Source of the DNA: Rickettsiales bacterium
Lineage (GTDB): Bacteria > Pseudomonadota > Alphaproteobacteria > Rickettsiales > UBA1997
Assembly: GCA_044360285.1 (NCBI GenBank)
Contig: JBIKKP010000002.1
Coordinates: 1-63,210 of the forward strand
DNA length: 63,210 bases
Direction of reading: 5' to 3'
The notes below the pieces were generated by a model. That model was not told where the DNA came from. It ran no database searches and saw nothing but the letters and a program-made list of their open reading frames with translations. Made by a program: the position numbers and the translations under genes. Of this stretch, positions 8,911 to 18,371 are shown piece by piece (within the stretch, counting starts at the first letter, position 1; each line of letters starts with the position of its first letter).

Positions 8911-9201
8911 TTACTTAGCCAAATCAAAATAAAGATCCCTCCAACTCGGATTAAAAGATTCAATCAGCCCTACTTTCGCACTTCTTGGAAAATGCTTTAG
9001 CTTCTTCTCCCTCGCTATCGCCTCTAGCACATCTTCAAAAACTTCGTAATAAACCAACTTGTCCAGATTGTACTTTGCAGAAAAACCCTTGAGCAGCTTG
9101 TGTTTATGCTGATAAATTCGACCAATCAAATCCGAAGTAACGCCGATATACAAGACGCCGTCTTTTTTGTTAGTGATGATGTAGACGAAGGAAAATTTCA
9201 T
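8911..9201 (-). CDS. Small GIY-YIG nuclease superfamily protein (UPF0213/URI-domain type)
   Basis: 96 aa. 'FVYIITNKKDGVLYIGVTSDLIGRIYQHK' is a GIY-YIG motif. The gene is bracketed by two nearly identical family-1 repeats. Confidence 0.8.
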   Translation of the reverse strand: MKFSFVYIITNKKDGVLYIGVTSDLIGRIYQHKHKLLKGFSAKYNLDKLVYYEVFEDVLEAIAREKKLKHFPRSAKVGLIESFNPSWRDLYFDLAK

Positions 9202-9228
9202 CGTGGTGAATTGCTTATACCCCCCCAG

Positions 9229-9324
9229 CCGTCATCCTTGGAACGCGTTAGCGTTTCGAGGATCTCGTGCGTCTTAGCGCAGAACATAACAAGATCCTCG
9301 AGGCCTTCGGCCTCAAGGATGACG
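9229..9324. repeat. Family-1 palindromic element, copy B (near-identical to copy A)
   Basis: Same sequence as copy A except for a 1-nt indel in the central loop. The preceding CCCCCAG is also shared with copy A. Confidence 0.9.
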
Positions 9325-9346
9325 TGATTTGGGTTTTGCTTTTCCC

Positions 9347-12238
9347 TCAAAACCGCTGCAACGCACCAACAAAAACCAGGTGCGAGTCAGCGGTTTTTTT
9401 ATGCTCGAAACCATAATTCACACTCAGCGTCGTATCGTCCTTATGCAGCAGCGACATCTCTAACCCAAGCTGCAGGCTGTTTGAATCCAGATTTGAAATT
9501 TTATTCTCAAAAGATTTTTGCTGATTTGTAAATCGTGCTGAAGTCACCGGCGCGTCATTTATCAAGGCTTGTCCGTAAGAAATTTTCACATTCGAAAAAA
9601 ACTTCCGAAATTCCGGCATCGTGGCAATGCGCGCGGCATAGCTCAAATCAAGGCCGGCGCGCGCTTCTAAAAAATTAGCCGAAACTCCTGAAACATTTAA
9701 ATTCAACTCATCAGCACCGTTTTCGCGGTAAGCTGAAATTTTATTTTGCACAAAATTCAGCGAAAATTGCGGCGCTAAATTGAAACCAAAACCAAGATTT
9801 TTTTGGTAAGAAATATCCGTTTTCAGCGCATAAGTTTGACCAGAATATCGCGCCAAAGCATTAGTGTTCAAAGCAGTGATTGCGCGGTTTGAATTGAAGT
9901 TGTTGAAAGCAAAACTTCCCAAAAAATCGACAAAAATTTTATCAAAATTTTTCGCCGCATAAAAATTCAACGCATAGCTGTCGATGATGTTTTCCTTCGA
10001 CTTGTCCAAGTGATTTATCTTTGAGCGCCCATAAGCAAAAGCCGCGCCAGCAGTGGTCTCATCAGCTATTTCTTTATCGATACCAAAAATAATTCCTACT
10101 GAATTTGTTTTAAAACCATCGTCATCTTTAATTGCATTTTGTAAGCTGGAAGCCCCAAAGCCGCGGCCCCAAAAGCCATGCGACAAATCTTGCGCAACAT
10201 CAAGATTATGAATTTTTTGCAAACGATTTTGTGAAATAGATTGGAAATTTCTGACAAAATTTGTTGTCGTAAGCAAACTTGCTTTGCTTGATTGAGGCGC
10301 CAATTGATTGATTGTGGCGGTAATTTCGTCGCTTGGTAAATTTGAAAAATCTAAAAATTTTTGAAATTCTAAAAGCTTGCCAGAGCTTGATCTTCCAAGT
10401 TGCACAAGGTTTTTATAAATGTTTTGTGCATTTTTATTTGGTGTCACTTCATTTGGTTGAAGATGGTTTGCAGCAAGAACTAGACTATTTCCAGAAGCAA
10501 TTGTTGTAAAACGCAGTAGGCCAAAAACATTCGACGATCCATTAACTGAAATGTTTTCTGCAGAAATTTCACTAAGCGACGAAGGCGCACTGGCATTGAC
10601 TAGATCGTAAGTTGTGCCATCGGCAATGTAATTTGAATCACCGACCAGAATTGCTAATTTTGTTCCTGAAGAAATTGTTGCAGCACCAGTAACATCAAGG
10701 CTTCCCACCCTATTTGCCGCAAGCGTTGTCACAAAAATATCGCCAGAATTTAGCGTAAAATTTCCAATAAAATTTTGATTTTTATCACCAACATCAAACC
10801 TTCCTGCGCCAGAACCAGCAAGGTTTCCAGTGATTGTTAAATTATCAGCTTCAGAAAAATTTAGCGCTCCATCAAGAAAAATGTTTGTTGCATAAATATC
10901 GTTCAAAGCAGTCAGTGCGCCGCTTGTAAGAATGTTTAGATTTTGCAATTGATGCAACGAATCGCCAATTGCACCAGAAGTTGAAAAAGAAATTCCATTT
11001 ACGTTGACCGTTCCAACCCCGCTTAAAACCCCATAAATAGGTGCTGCAGACGATGTCGCAAAATTCAAATTCAAAGTCGAATCCGCCGCAATATCAATTC
11101 GTGTTGCATCAATTTTTGCCGCCGAATTAAGCGTGCTGCCGCTTTGAATCGTAAGGTTGGACAGCTCGTCAAAATCTGCGCTTTGATTGAAAATTACTGA
11201 CGGATACAAACTTGATCCAACCACCACCGAACCCGCGCGTTCTGCGCCATTAACTGCTCCAGAGATTGTTCCGCCAAAAATGTTTAGCGTTCCCGCGCCA
11301 ACATAAACGCCGCCAGAAAGGTCGCCCAAGTTGTTAATTTGCGCACTGCTGCCCGCGTTATAGATGGCGTAATTTGTCGAATTTATCGCACCGCTGTTGT
11401 TGATTATAACATTATCGGCATCGTTTCGAATCCCGTAAATACTGGCTCCAGCGCCGCTGGTGATTGTGCCGGAATTTGTGATGAGGCTGTAATTGTCTCT
11501 GTTGTAAATGCCGTGCCCACTGCTTGAAATTGTTCCTGAATTTGTGATTGTTGAATAGCTCGTTGCGCTAGCTGTGGAAGCGCTTGCCGCACTTACATAA
11601 ATTCCGTGCGCAGCACTGCTTGTCGTTGTTGTAATCGTTCCAGAACTTGAAACTTGGTTCACATTTCCGCTTGCATAAATCCCGTAAACCCTTGTGGCAA
11701 TTGATCCAGCATTGTTTGCGCTGTTATTGTCGCCGTTCAAATAAATGCCGTAAGCAGTGGAGTTTATTGTACTGACGCTGCCGAAATTGCTTATCGAGTT
11801 ATTGTCGCCACCCACGTAAATTCCATATGCCGTTGTGCCCTGCGTGCTGATGGCGCCTTGGTTGATGACACTGGAATTATTGGTGATGCTAACGCCGCGC
11901 CCCGAAGCGCCGGTGGTTAAAATTGATGCGCCAAATGCGTTGGTGATGATGTTGTAATTGCCGCTTGTCCTGATGCCGTAAGAACCTGAAATGGTGCCGC
12001 TTGCACCGGTGGCGATGTTGTGTAAATTGGTGATGCGATTTGGCGAGCCACTAGTTCCAACAAGCGTGCTTGAAATTGCAATTCCGCTGGTGGTGATGTC
12101 AGAGCTGGTGAGATAATTTGTATCGCCCGCACCAAGCACAACCGCGCCGGCGCTGGTTGTGGAGACGATTTGGAAAAAAAGAAAAAACGAAAAAATTTCG
12201 ACGATTTTCTTCGTCGAAGCAGCAAGTGGTGTGGGCAT
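9347..12238 (-). CDS. Autotransporter outer-membrane protein (repeat-rich passenger plus C-terminal beta-barrel)
   Basis: 963 aa. The N-terminus is hydrophobic and signal-like. The G/S/N/T-rich passenger has recurring '(A/H)(Y/H)GIY' units. The C-terminal ~280 aa show alternating beta-strand character and end '...VFVGALQRF' with a terminal Phe. Confidence 0.85.
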   Translation of the reverse strand: MPTPLAASTKKIVEIFSFFLFFQIVSTTSAGAVVLGAGDTNYLTSSDITTSGIAISSTLVGTSGSPNRITNLHNIATGASGTISGSYGIRTSGNYNIITNAFGASILTTGASGRGVSITNNSSVINQGAISTQGTTAYGIYVGGDNNSISNFGSVSTINSTAYGIYLNGDNNSANNAGSIATRVYGIYASGNVNQVSSSGTITTTTSSAAHGIYVSAASASTASATSYSTITNSGTISSSGHGIYNRDNYSLITNSGTITSGAGASIYGIRNDADNVIINNSGAINSTNYAIYNAGSSAQINNLGDLSGGVYVGAGTLNIFGGTISGAVNGAERAGSVVVGSSLYPSVIFNQSADFDELSNLTIQSGSTLNSAAKIDATRIDIAADSTLNLNFATSSAAPIYGVLSGVGTVNVNGISFSTSGAIGDSLHQLQNLNILTSGALTALNDIYATNIFLDGALNFSEADNLTITGNLAGSGAGRFDVGDKNQNFIGNFTLNSGDIFVTTLAANRVGSLDVTGAATISSGTKLAILVGDSNYIADGTTYDLVNASAPSSLSEISAENISVNGSSNVFGLLRFTTIASGNSLVLAANHLQPNEVTPNKNAQNIYKNLVQLGRSSSGKLLEFQKFLDFSNLPSDEITATINQLAPQSSKASLLTTTNFVRNFQSISQNRLQKIHNLDVAQDLSHGFWGRGFGASSLQNAIKDDDGFKTNSVGIIFGIDKEIADETTAGAAFAYGRSKINHLDKSKENIIDSYALNFYAAKNFDKIFVDFLGSFAFNNFNSNRAITALNTNALARYSGQTYALKTDISYQKNLGFGFNLAPQFSLNFVQNKISAYRENGADELNLNVSGVSANFLEARAGLDLSYAARIATMPEFRKFFSNVKISYGQALINDAPVTSARFTNQQKSFENKISNLDSNSLQLGLEMSLLHKDDTTLSVNYGFEHKKTADSHLVFVGALQRF

Positions 12239-12287
12239 TTTGGGTTTGGTGTGTGGTGTTTTTTTGGGTTTTTACTTCTCTCAAACT

Positions 12288-12381
12288 CGTCATCCTTGAA
12301 TTGCGCAGCAATTCGAGGATCTCGTTTTGTTTAGCGTTGAACAAAACGAGATCCTCGAAGCCTTTGGCTTCAAGGATGACG
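12288..12381. repeat. Family-1 palindromic element, copy C
   Basis: Outer stem CGTCATCCTTG/CAAGGATGACG. Arms AATTGC/GCAATT and GAAGCC/GGCTTC. 17-bp central stem CGAGGATCTCGTTTTGT/ACAAAACGAGATCCTCG. Confidence 0.9.
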
Positions 12382-12442
12382 GGGAATAGAGTAAGTGGGT
12401 GTGGTGTGTTTTTGGGTTTTTTGTGGTGTGTGGTTTTTTATT

Positions 12443-15103
12443 TTATAGTGCTGCCCTCGCCGCTGCCAAGCGTGCGATTGGAACGCGATAAGGCGAGCAA
12501 GAAACGTAATTCAAACCAATGCGATGACAAAACTCAATTGAAGCTGGATTACCGCCATGCTCGCCGCAAATGCCAAGTTTAATGTCTTTGCGTGTTTCGC
12601 GGCCTTTTGCTGTGGCAATTTTGATGAGCTCGCCAACGCCTTCTTGGTCTAGCTCGGCGAATGGATCTTTTTCCAAAATTCCGGCTTTTTGGTAATGGCC
12701 AAGGAAGTTTGCAGAATCGTCGCGACTCAAGCCAAACGTGGTTTGCGTGAGGTCGTTAGTTCCAAAACTAAAGAATTCTGCTTCATGCGCAATCTTGTCG
12801 GCAACTAGAGCGGCGCGTGGCAGCTCGATCATTGTTCCAACCATGTATTTCAGCTCAACAGCCTGCTCTTTTTGAACTTGTTTTTCGGTTGCAACCACAA
12901 GTTCGCGCAAGATTTGCAGCTCTTTGCGCGTGGCAACTAGCGGGATCATGATCTCAAGCAAAACATCTTGGCCGCTTTCTTTTTTAACGATTGAAGCCGC
13001 TTCAAAAATTGCGCGCGCCTGCATTTCATAGATTTCTGGGTAAGAAATTCCAAGTCGGCAACCACGATGACCAAGCATTGGATTTTGTTCCTGCAGCTCA
13101 TGCGTGCGATGTTTAACGTAGCTCACATCAACACCAAGCGCTTTGGCAACTTCAACGATTTCGCTTTCTTTATGCGGCAAAAATTCGTGAAGTGGTGGAT
13201 CAAGCAAACGAATCGTCACCGGCAAACCAGCCATTATTTTGAAGATCTCGACAAAATCTTTGCGCTGCATTGGAAGCAATTTGGCGAGTGCTTTTTTTCT
13301 GCCTTTAAGATCTTCCGCCAAAATCATTTCGCGAACGGAAATGATACGATCTTCGTTGAAAAACATGTGTTCTGTGCGGCAAAGACCAATTCCTTCCGCG
13401 CCAAAATCGCGCGCCACTTGGCAATCAAGCGGAGTTTCGGCGTTAGTGCGAACGCGCAGCACGCGCACTTCGTCGGCCCATTTCATTACGGTTTGGAAAT
13501 CGTCGGAAAGATTTGGCTTCAAAGTTGGAACTTGACCAAGAATTACATCGCCCGTTGAGCCGTTGATGGTGATGACCTCACCTTCTTTTACCTTAACGCC
13601 ACCAGCAGTAAAAAACTGGCCAGCATTATCCACGTGAAGCCCCGCCGCACCAGACACGCAAGGCGTTCCCATGCCACGCGCAACTACGGCCGCGTGCGAA
13701 GTCATGCCGCCGCGAGCGGTTAGAATTCCTTGTGAAACGTGCATTCCCTTGATGTCTTCTGGGCTGGTTTCAACGCGAACTAGAATTACTTTATCGCCAT
13801 TTTCCGCGCGTCTTTCTGCTTCTGCAGAAGAAAATACAACAATGCCGGAAGCTGCGCCAGGCGATGCTGGAAGGCCTTTTGCAATTACCTGAACTTTCGC
13901 TTTTGGATCAAGAGTTGGGTGCAAAAGTTGATCTAAACTTGCTGGATCAATACGCTTCAAAGCCTCTTTTTTGCTGATGAGATTTTCCGAAACCATATCG
14001 ACAGCAATCTTCACCGCAGCATGCGCTGTTCGTTTACCGTTGCGGGTTTGCAGCATCCACAGCTTTTTATTTTGCACGGTAAATTCGATGTCTTGCATGT
14101 CGCGATAATGCATTTCGAGCTTGCGATAAGTTTTCACCAACTCAGCAAAAACATCAGGCATGGTTTCTTCCATTGAAGGAAGCTTAGAGCCAAGCTGCTC
14201 TTTACCCAAAATTGTAATTGATTGCGGAGTGCGAATTCCCGCAACAACGTCTTCGCCTTGCGCGTTGATGAGATATTCGCCGTAAAGTTCTCTCAAACCA
14301 GTTGATGGATTACGCGTAAAGGCAACGCCGGTTGCCGAAGTTTCGCCCATGTTGCCAAAGACCATTGACTGCACGTTTACCGCAGTTCCCCAGCTTTGTG
14401 GAATGTCGTGAAGTTGACGATAAGTGATGGCGCGATCATTCATCCACGAAGCAAAAACCGCTTCAACGGCGCCCCAAAGTTGCTCGTTCACATCTTGCGG
14501 AAATTCGCGGCCCAACTCTTGTTTTACTTCCGATTTGAAAAGCGCGACGATTTCTTCAAGCTGCTCTGCAGTAAGGTCGGTATCAGCTTTTGCGCCGAAT
14601 TCTTGCTTTTTTTCATCAAGAATTACTTCGAAATTGTGATGATCAAAACCAAGCACAACGTTGGAATACATCTGGATGAAGCGGCGGTATGAGTCGAAAG
14701 CGAAACGTTTATTGCCAGAATTTTTAGCAAGGCCTTCAACAGTTTGATCATTCAAACCCAAATTCAAAACCGTGTCCATCATGCCAGGCATTGAGGCTCT
14801 AGCGCCCGAACGAACTGAGAAAAGTAGTGGATTGCTGGCATCACCAAATTTTGCGCCAATTTTTTCTTCAATTTGTGCCACCGCTGCAGCCACTTCGCCC
14901 CTTAATTCAGCCGGAAATTTTTTGCCGTTTTTGTAATAAAAATCGCAAAATTCTGTGGTGATGGTGAATCCCGGCGGAACCGGCAGGCCCATCTTCGACA
15001 TCTCGGCCAAATTAGCACCTTTGCCGCCAAGCAAATTCTTCATCGAGGCATCGCCTTCTGATTTTCCATCGCCAAAAGAATATACAAATTTTTGCGCCGT
15101 CAT
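12443..15103 (-). CDS. ppdK: Pyruvate, phosphate dikinase
   Basis: 886 aa. N-terminus 'LLGGKGANLAEM', phosphohistidine motif 'GGMTSHAAVVARG', and a C-terminal PEP-utilising TIM barrel with 'GICGE'. Confidence 0.95.
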   Translation of the reverse strand: MTAQKFVYSFGDGKSEGDASMKNLLGGKGANLAEMSKMGLPVPPGFTITTEFCDFYYKNGKKFPAELRGEVAAAVAQIEEKIGAKFGDASNPLLFSVRSGARASMPGMMDTVLNLGLNDQTVEGLAKNSGNKRFAFDSYRRFIQMYSNVVLGFDHHNFEVILDEKKQEFGAKADTDLTAEQLEEIVALFKSEVKQELGREFPQDVNEQLWGAVEAVFASWMNDRAITYRQLHDIPQSWGTAVNVQSMVFGNMGETSATGVAFTRNPSTGLRELYGEYLINAQGEDVVAGIRTPQSITILGKEQLGSKLPSMEETMPDVFAELVKTYRKLEMHYRDMQDIEFTVQNKKLWMLQTRNGKRTAHAAVKIAVDMVSENLISKKEALKRIDPASLDQLLHPTLDPKAKVQVIAKGLPASPGAASGIVVFSSAEAERRAENGDKVILVRVETSPEDIKGMHVSQGILTARGGMTSHAAVVARGMGTPCVSGAAGLHVDNAGQFFTAGGVKVKEGEVITINGSTGDVILGQVPTLKPNLSDDFQTVMKWADEVRVLRVRTNAETPLDCQVARDFGAEGIGLCRTEHMFFNEDRIISVREMILAEDLKGRKKALAKLLPMQRKDFVEIFKIMAGLPVTIRLLDPPLHEFLPHKESEIVEVAKALGVDVSYVKHRTHELQEQNPMLGHRGCRLGISYPEIYEMQARAIFEAASIVKKESGQDVLLEIMIPLVATRKELQILRELVVATEKQVQKEQAVELKYMVGTMIELPRAALVADKIAHEAEFFSFGTNDLTQTTFGLSRDDSANFLGHYQKAGILEKDPFAELDQEGVGELIKIATAKGRETRKDIKLGICGEHGGNPASIEFCHRIGLNYVSCSPYRVPIARLAAARAAL

Positions 15104-15114
15104 TTTTTAAGTTT

Positions 15115-16194
15115 TTAAATTAGATGAAATTCTGTTTTTCCAAATTCGACCCCGTTTGCAACCAATGAAATCAAGTGTTTTCCCACGCAATGCTTTCTGG
15201 TTGATAGGTCGGCAAAAGAATGTTTCTTGGAAAAAGAAAACAATTTTTCGTCAAAAATTTTTGTCGTTATTTGGAAATTTTTTTTGCTGTAAGTGCCATT
15301 TTTTTTAAGAAAGTAAATGGCATATTCAAGCCTGATTTTGCTGCCTGCTTTGAGGTTTTTAAGCGAAAAATTAAAAACCAATTTCTGACCAATTTGCAGC
15401 TGATTTTGGCTCAATAAAAAATCCTGAATTTCGAATTTTTTTTCATCTGCGCCGATGATTTTTAACGCCGCTTGATCGCCTTTTTTCAGCAAAGTGCGCA
15501 AAGCGTGGCGAATTATGAATTCAGCGACACCCTCGCCTTGCCAACGCGCAAGCAAATCGAGCGCAATTTTTGGATTATCTTTGGAAATATCGTTGAGATT
15601 ATTGGCGATGCTTTTTTGCACATATTTCTTAGAATCGAACTTCAAAACTTCCAAAATCGGCAAAATTTTTTGCGGATCTTTTTTAAAGTTTGGCAAAGCC
15701 TCGCCCCAAGGCAGACGCGGCCTTATGCCTTCTGAAGCAAGGCGCCGCACGTGATAATTTTTTGAAACGGCGAATTTTTTTACGAACTTTAGCGCCGCAT
15801 CTTCGTCAGCTTTAATGAAGCGCCGAATGGCAAATTCTGAGGTGCTAAATTCGGTAAAAAATTCGAGCGCTTGCATCGAAAGTTCGAAATCTTTTTGACC
15901 AAAAATTTCAACAAAATCAGGGAAAATAATCAGCGCCAATCCAGAGTTTTTATCTTTGTTGAGCGCTAGAACCACCTGCTTTAACAGCGCAAGTTGCTGT
16001 GGATATTTTTTATGCAAAAGCGTTTCTCCAAGTGCCTTAGAAATAGCACGCATCCTGGTCTTAAGCGGCTTTTCTTGCCAATCTTTTTGGAGAATTTTTA
16101 GGAATCTTTTTGCATCAAAATCTGCATCAAGGCGCGATATTTCAGCAGCAAGGTCATTTAAGAACCGCTGATTGTAAACTTCCTTCAGCAGCAC
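15115..16194 (-). CDS. DNA alkylation repair protein (AlkC/AlkD-like HEAT-repeat glycosylase family)
   Basis: 359 aa. 'YHVRRLASEGIRPRLPWG' and 'YVQKSIANNLNDISKDNP' resemble the DNA_alkylation family. The extra C-terminal ~90 aa match AlkC-type proteins. The start codon is GTG. Confidence 0.65.
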   Translation of the reverse strand: MLLKEVYNQRFLNDLAAEISRLDADFDAKRFLKILQKDWQEKPLKTRMRAISKALGETLLHKKYPQQLALLKQVVLALNKDKNSGLALIIFPDFVEIFGQKDFELSMQALEFFTEFSTSEFAIRRFIKADEDAALKFVKKFAVSKNYHVRRLASEGIRPRLPWGEALPNFKKDPQKILPILEVLKFDSKKYVQKSIANNLNDISKDNPKIALDLLARWQGEGVAEFIIRHALRTLLKKGDQAALKIIGADEKKFEIQDFLLSQNQLQIGQKLVFNFSLKNLKAGSKIRLEYAIYFLKKNGTYSKKNFQITTKIFDEKLFSFSKKHSFADLSTRKHCVGKHLISLVANGVEFGKTEFHLI

Positions 16195-16199
16195 AAAAA

Positions 16200-18368
16200 T
16201 TAGACAATTTCAATTTTAGAAAGGTCGGCAACTTTGCCAAAAAGCGCACGAATTTTTGCCAAAAGCATCAAGCGATTCTCGCGCAAATTTTTGTCTTTTT
16301 CATTGACCATAACATTGTCAAAAAACTGCTGCAGCGGCGCTTCCAAAACGTGAAGAAGTTTGAAAGATTTTTCAAATTCTCCCTTGATCACCAGCTTGTT
16401 AAATTCCTTCGAAATTTGTTTGATGCGGCGATAAAGAACTTTTTCGTAAGAGACTTTGAAGCCAAGAATAGAAGGCTTTCCGAGATATTTTTTGCCGTCT
16501 TTTTTCTCTTCAATTGCCAAGATATTTGCCGATCTTTTATAGAGCGAAATCAGGTTGGCATTGGCTGCATCAAGCAAGAAACTGTCCAAAAATTTGATCT
16601 TTTTTGCCAAATATAAAATGTCGCAATAGCGGTGAGAGTCTAGGTCGCTGACATATTCTTCAATCACCGCATTAACGATGTCGGCACGCAAATTTTCATT
16701 TTCACGCAGATAAACTTTCAGGCGCTCAACGAAAAATCGCACCACCTCTTCAACCAACTCTTTCTTGGCTAAAACAAAATCTTTCTCGCTGTCTTTAAGT
16801 AAAATTTTTAGCAATTTTGGTGAAAAAGCATTGAAGGATTTTTCAACTAAAACACGAATCGGCACAGCGATATTGTAATGAAAAGCGATGCGGATGATAC
16901 CTAGAGCAGCGCGACGCAAGGCGTATGGGTCTTTTGAAGAAGTTGGTTTTTCATTTGCTGCAAAAAATCCAACAATTGCGTCGATTTTATCTGCAATTGA
17001 CAGCGCAATTCCAAGTGGGGTTTTAGGCAAATCTGATGAGGCGCCAAGCGGCAGATAATGTTCATAAATTGCCGCAATAATTTTTGCGTCTTCGTGCTGT
17101 TTGTAAGCGTAAAAACTGCCAATTTTTCCCTGCAGTTCAGGAAACTCATAGACGGCCTTGGTTGTAAGATCGACCTTGCACAAAGCAGATGCGCGTTCAA
17201 TCAAATTTAAATCGCAGTGCGGCACAAAAACTGATAAAAATTTCGCCAAATTTTCGAGTCGATAAATCTTGTCGCCAAGGGAACCAAGTTTTTGGTGGAA
17301 AGAAATTTTATCGAGCTCACCGCGCCTTGAAATCAAAGGATGCTTAAGGTCTTCGGCAATAAAAAATTCTGCATCACTTAAACGCGCTCTGACCAATTTT
17401 TCGTTGTCTTTGATGATTTTTTTGCGGCTTTCTTCCGACATCAAAGCGTTAGAAATAAAAATAAATTTTGGCGCCAAATTTCCGTCTAAATCGCGTAAAC
17501 AAAAATAGCGTTGATTCAGCTTCAGAGTAAGAACCAACACCTCTTCTGGTAGCTGCAAAAATTTCTCATCGATTGTTCCAACTAACGCCGTTGGAAACTG
17601 ACAAAGACCCGTCACTTCATCAAGTAGAGACGATTTTTCATCATCAACTAAATCAAGCCGCAATTCGTGAATAATTTCGCGAATTTGCTGCAAGATTTTT
17701 TGCTTTCTTTGCTCTTGTCTAAGGATAACAAAATTATCTTCCAAAACCTCTTCATAATGCGCGGCATTAGTGATTTCAAGGCTCTGAGCACAGCTTGCTG
17801 GATGACCAAAAGTTAAGTTATTTGAACGCAATCCAAAAAATTCGACATCAATTACTTCTGATCCAAACATGCAGGCAATGTTTCGCACAGGGCGAATCCA
17901 CGTAGCTTGCGCCGATTTTCCCTCAACATCAAAACGCATTAATTTTGGCCAAGTTGCAGTAATTTTTTGCACAATTTGTGGCAAAGAATTTTTAATAATT
18001 TCTGCACTAGAAATTTCGCGAGCAGCCTGAAAGTGCGCATAGCAAGTGTTTGCACCATTCTCAACTTTCTGTAATTCATCTTTCGAAGATACGCCAACCG
18101 ATTTTAAGAAACCTTCAATGGCCTTTGGATCTGCATCAATTCTTGGCCCAACCCTTTTTACTTCGGGAAGTTTTTGCGTTGCTTGTAAGTGATGAATGTA
18201 GAGCACTAAACGATTTGGAGTCACATAAGAAGCGATTTGCGCACTCTCAAACTTCAAATTATTTTTCGCTAAAATTTCACCAGCAATTTTAGTCAAATTT
18301 TCCGCCGCGTTTTTTTGCATCGCGGCTGGAATTTCTTCGCTAAAAATTTCAAATAAAAAGTCTGACAT
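16200..18368 (-). CDS. glyS: Glycyl-tRNA synthetase beta subunit
   Basis: 722 aa. The N-terminus 'LFEIFSEEIPA' is characteristic of GlyS. Confidence 0.93.
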   Translation of the reverse strand: MSDFLFEIFSEEIPAAMQKNAAENLTKIAGEILAKNNLKFESAQIASYVTPNRLVLYIHHLQATQKLPEVKRVGPRIDADPKAIEGFLKSVGVSSKDELQKVENGANTCYAHFQAAREISSAEIIKNSLPQIVQKITATWPKLMRFDVEGKSAQATWIRPVRNIACMFGSEVIDVEFFGLRSNNLTFGHPASCAQSLEITNAAHYEEVLEDNFVILRQEQRKQKILQQIREIIHELRLDLVDDEKSSLLDEVTGLCQFPTALVGTIDEKFLQLPEEVLVLTLKLNQRYFCLRDLDGNLAPKFIFISNALMSEESRKKIIKDNEKLVRARLSDAEFFIAEDLKHPLISRRGELDKISFHQKLGSLGDKIYRLENLAKFLSVFVPHCDLNLIERASALCKVDLTTKAVYEFPELQGKIGSFYAYKQHEDAKIIAAIYEHYLPLGASSDLPKTPLGIALSIADKIDAIVGFFAANEKPTSSKDPYALRRAALGIIRIAFHYNIAVPIRVLVEKSFNAFSPKLLKILLKDSEKDFVLAKKELVEEVVRFFVERLKVYLRENENLRADIVNAVIEEYVSDLDSHRYCDILYLAKKIKFLDSFLLDAANANLISLYKRSANILAIEEKKDGKKYLGKPSILGFKVSYEKVLYRRIKQISKEFNKLVIKGEFEKSFKLLHVLEAPLQQFFDNVMVNEKDKNLRENRLMLLAKIRALFGKVADLSKIEIV

Positions 18369-18371
18369 TTT

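Noticed and set aside
9100-9327. ORFs overlapping family-1 repeats give recurring peptides such as 'ISCVLA(Q/L)N(I/K)TRSS(R/K)P(S/L)ASRMT'. The ORFs are 9100-9327, 12118-12582, 12099-12344, 31662-31871 and 31685-31942.
   Set aside because: The shared peptide is only the translation of the conserved palindromic DNA. These ORFs have no coding context, overlap real genes or intergenic hairpins, and occur in inconsistent frames.
13067-14692. Antisense ORFs inside ppdK of up to 163 aa (13067-13558, 13239-13535, 13671-13892, 14396-14692). Similar antisense ORFs occur inside glyS, spoT, pheT, the kinase and the GT-C genes.
   Set aside because: They lie opposite strongly supported genes, lack motifs and have the biased composition of shadow frames.
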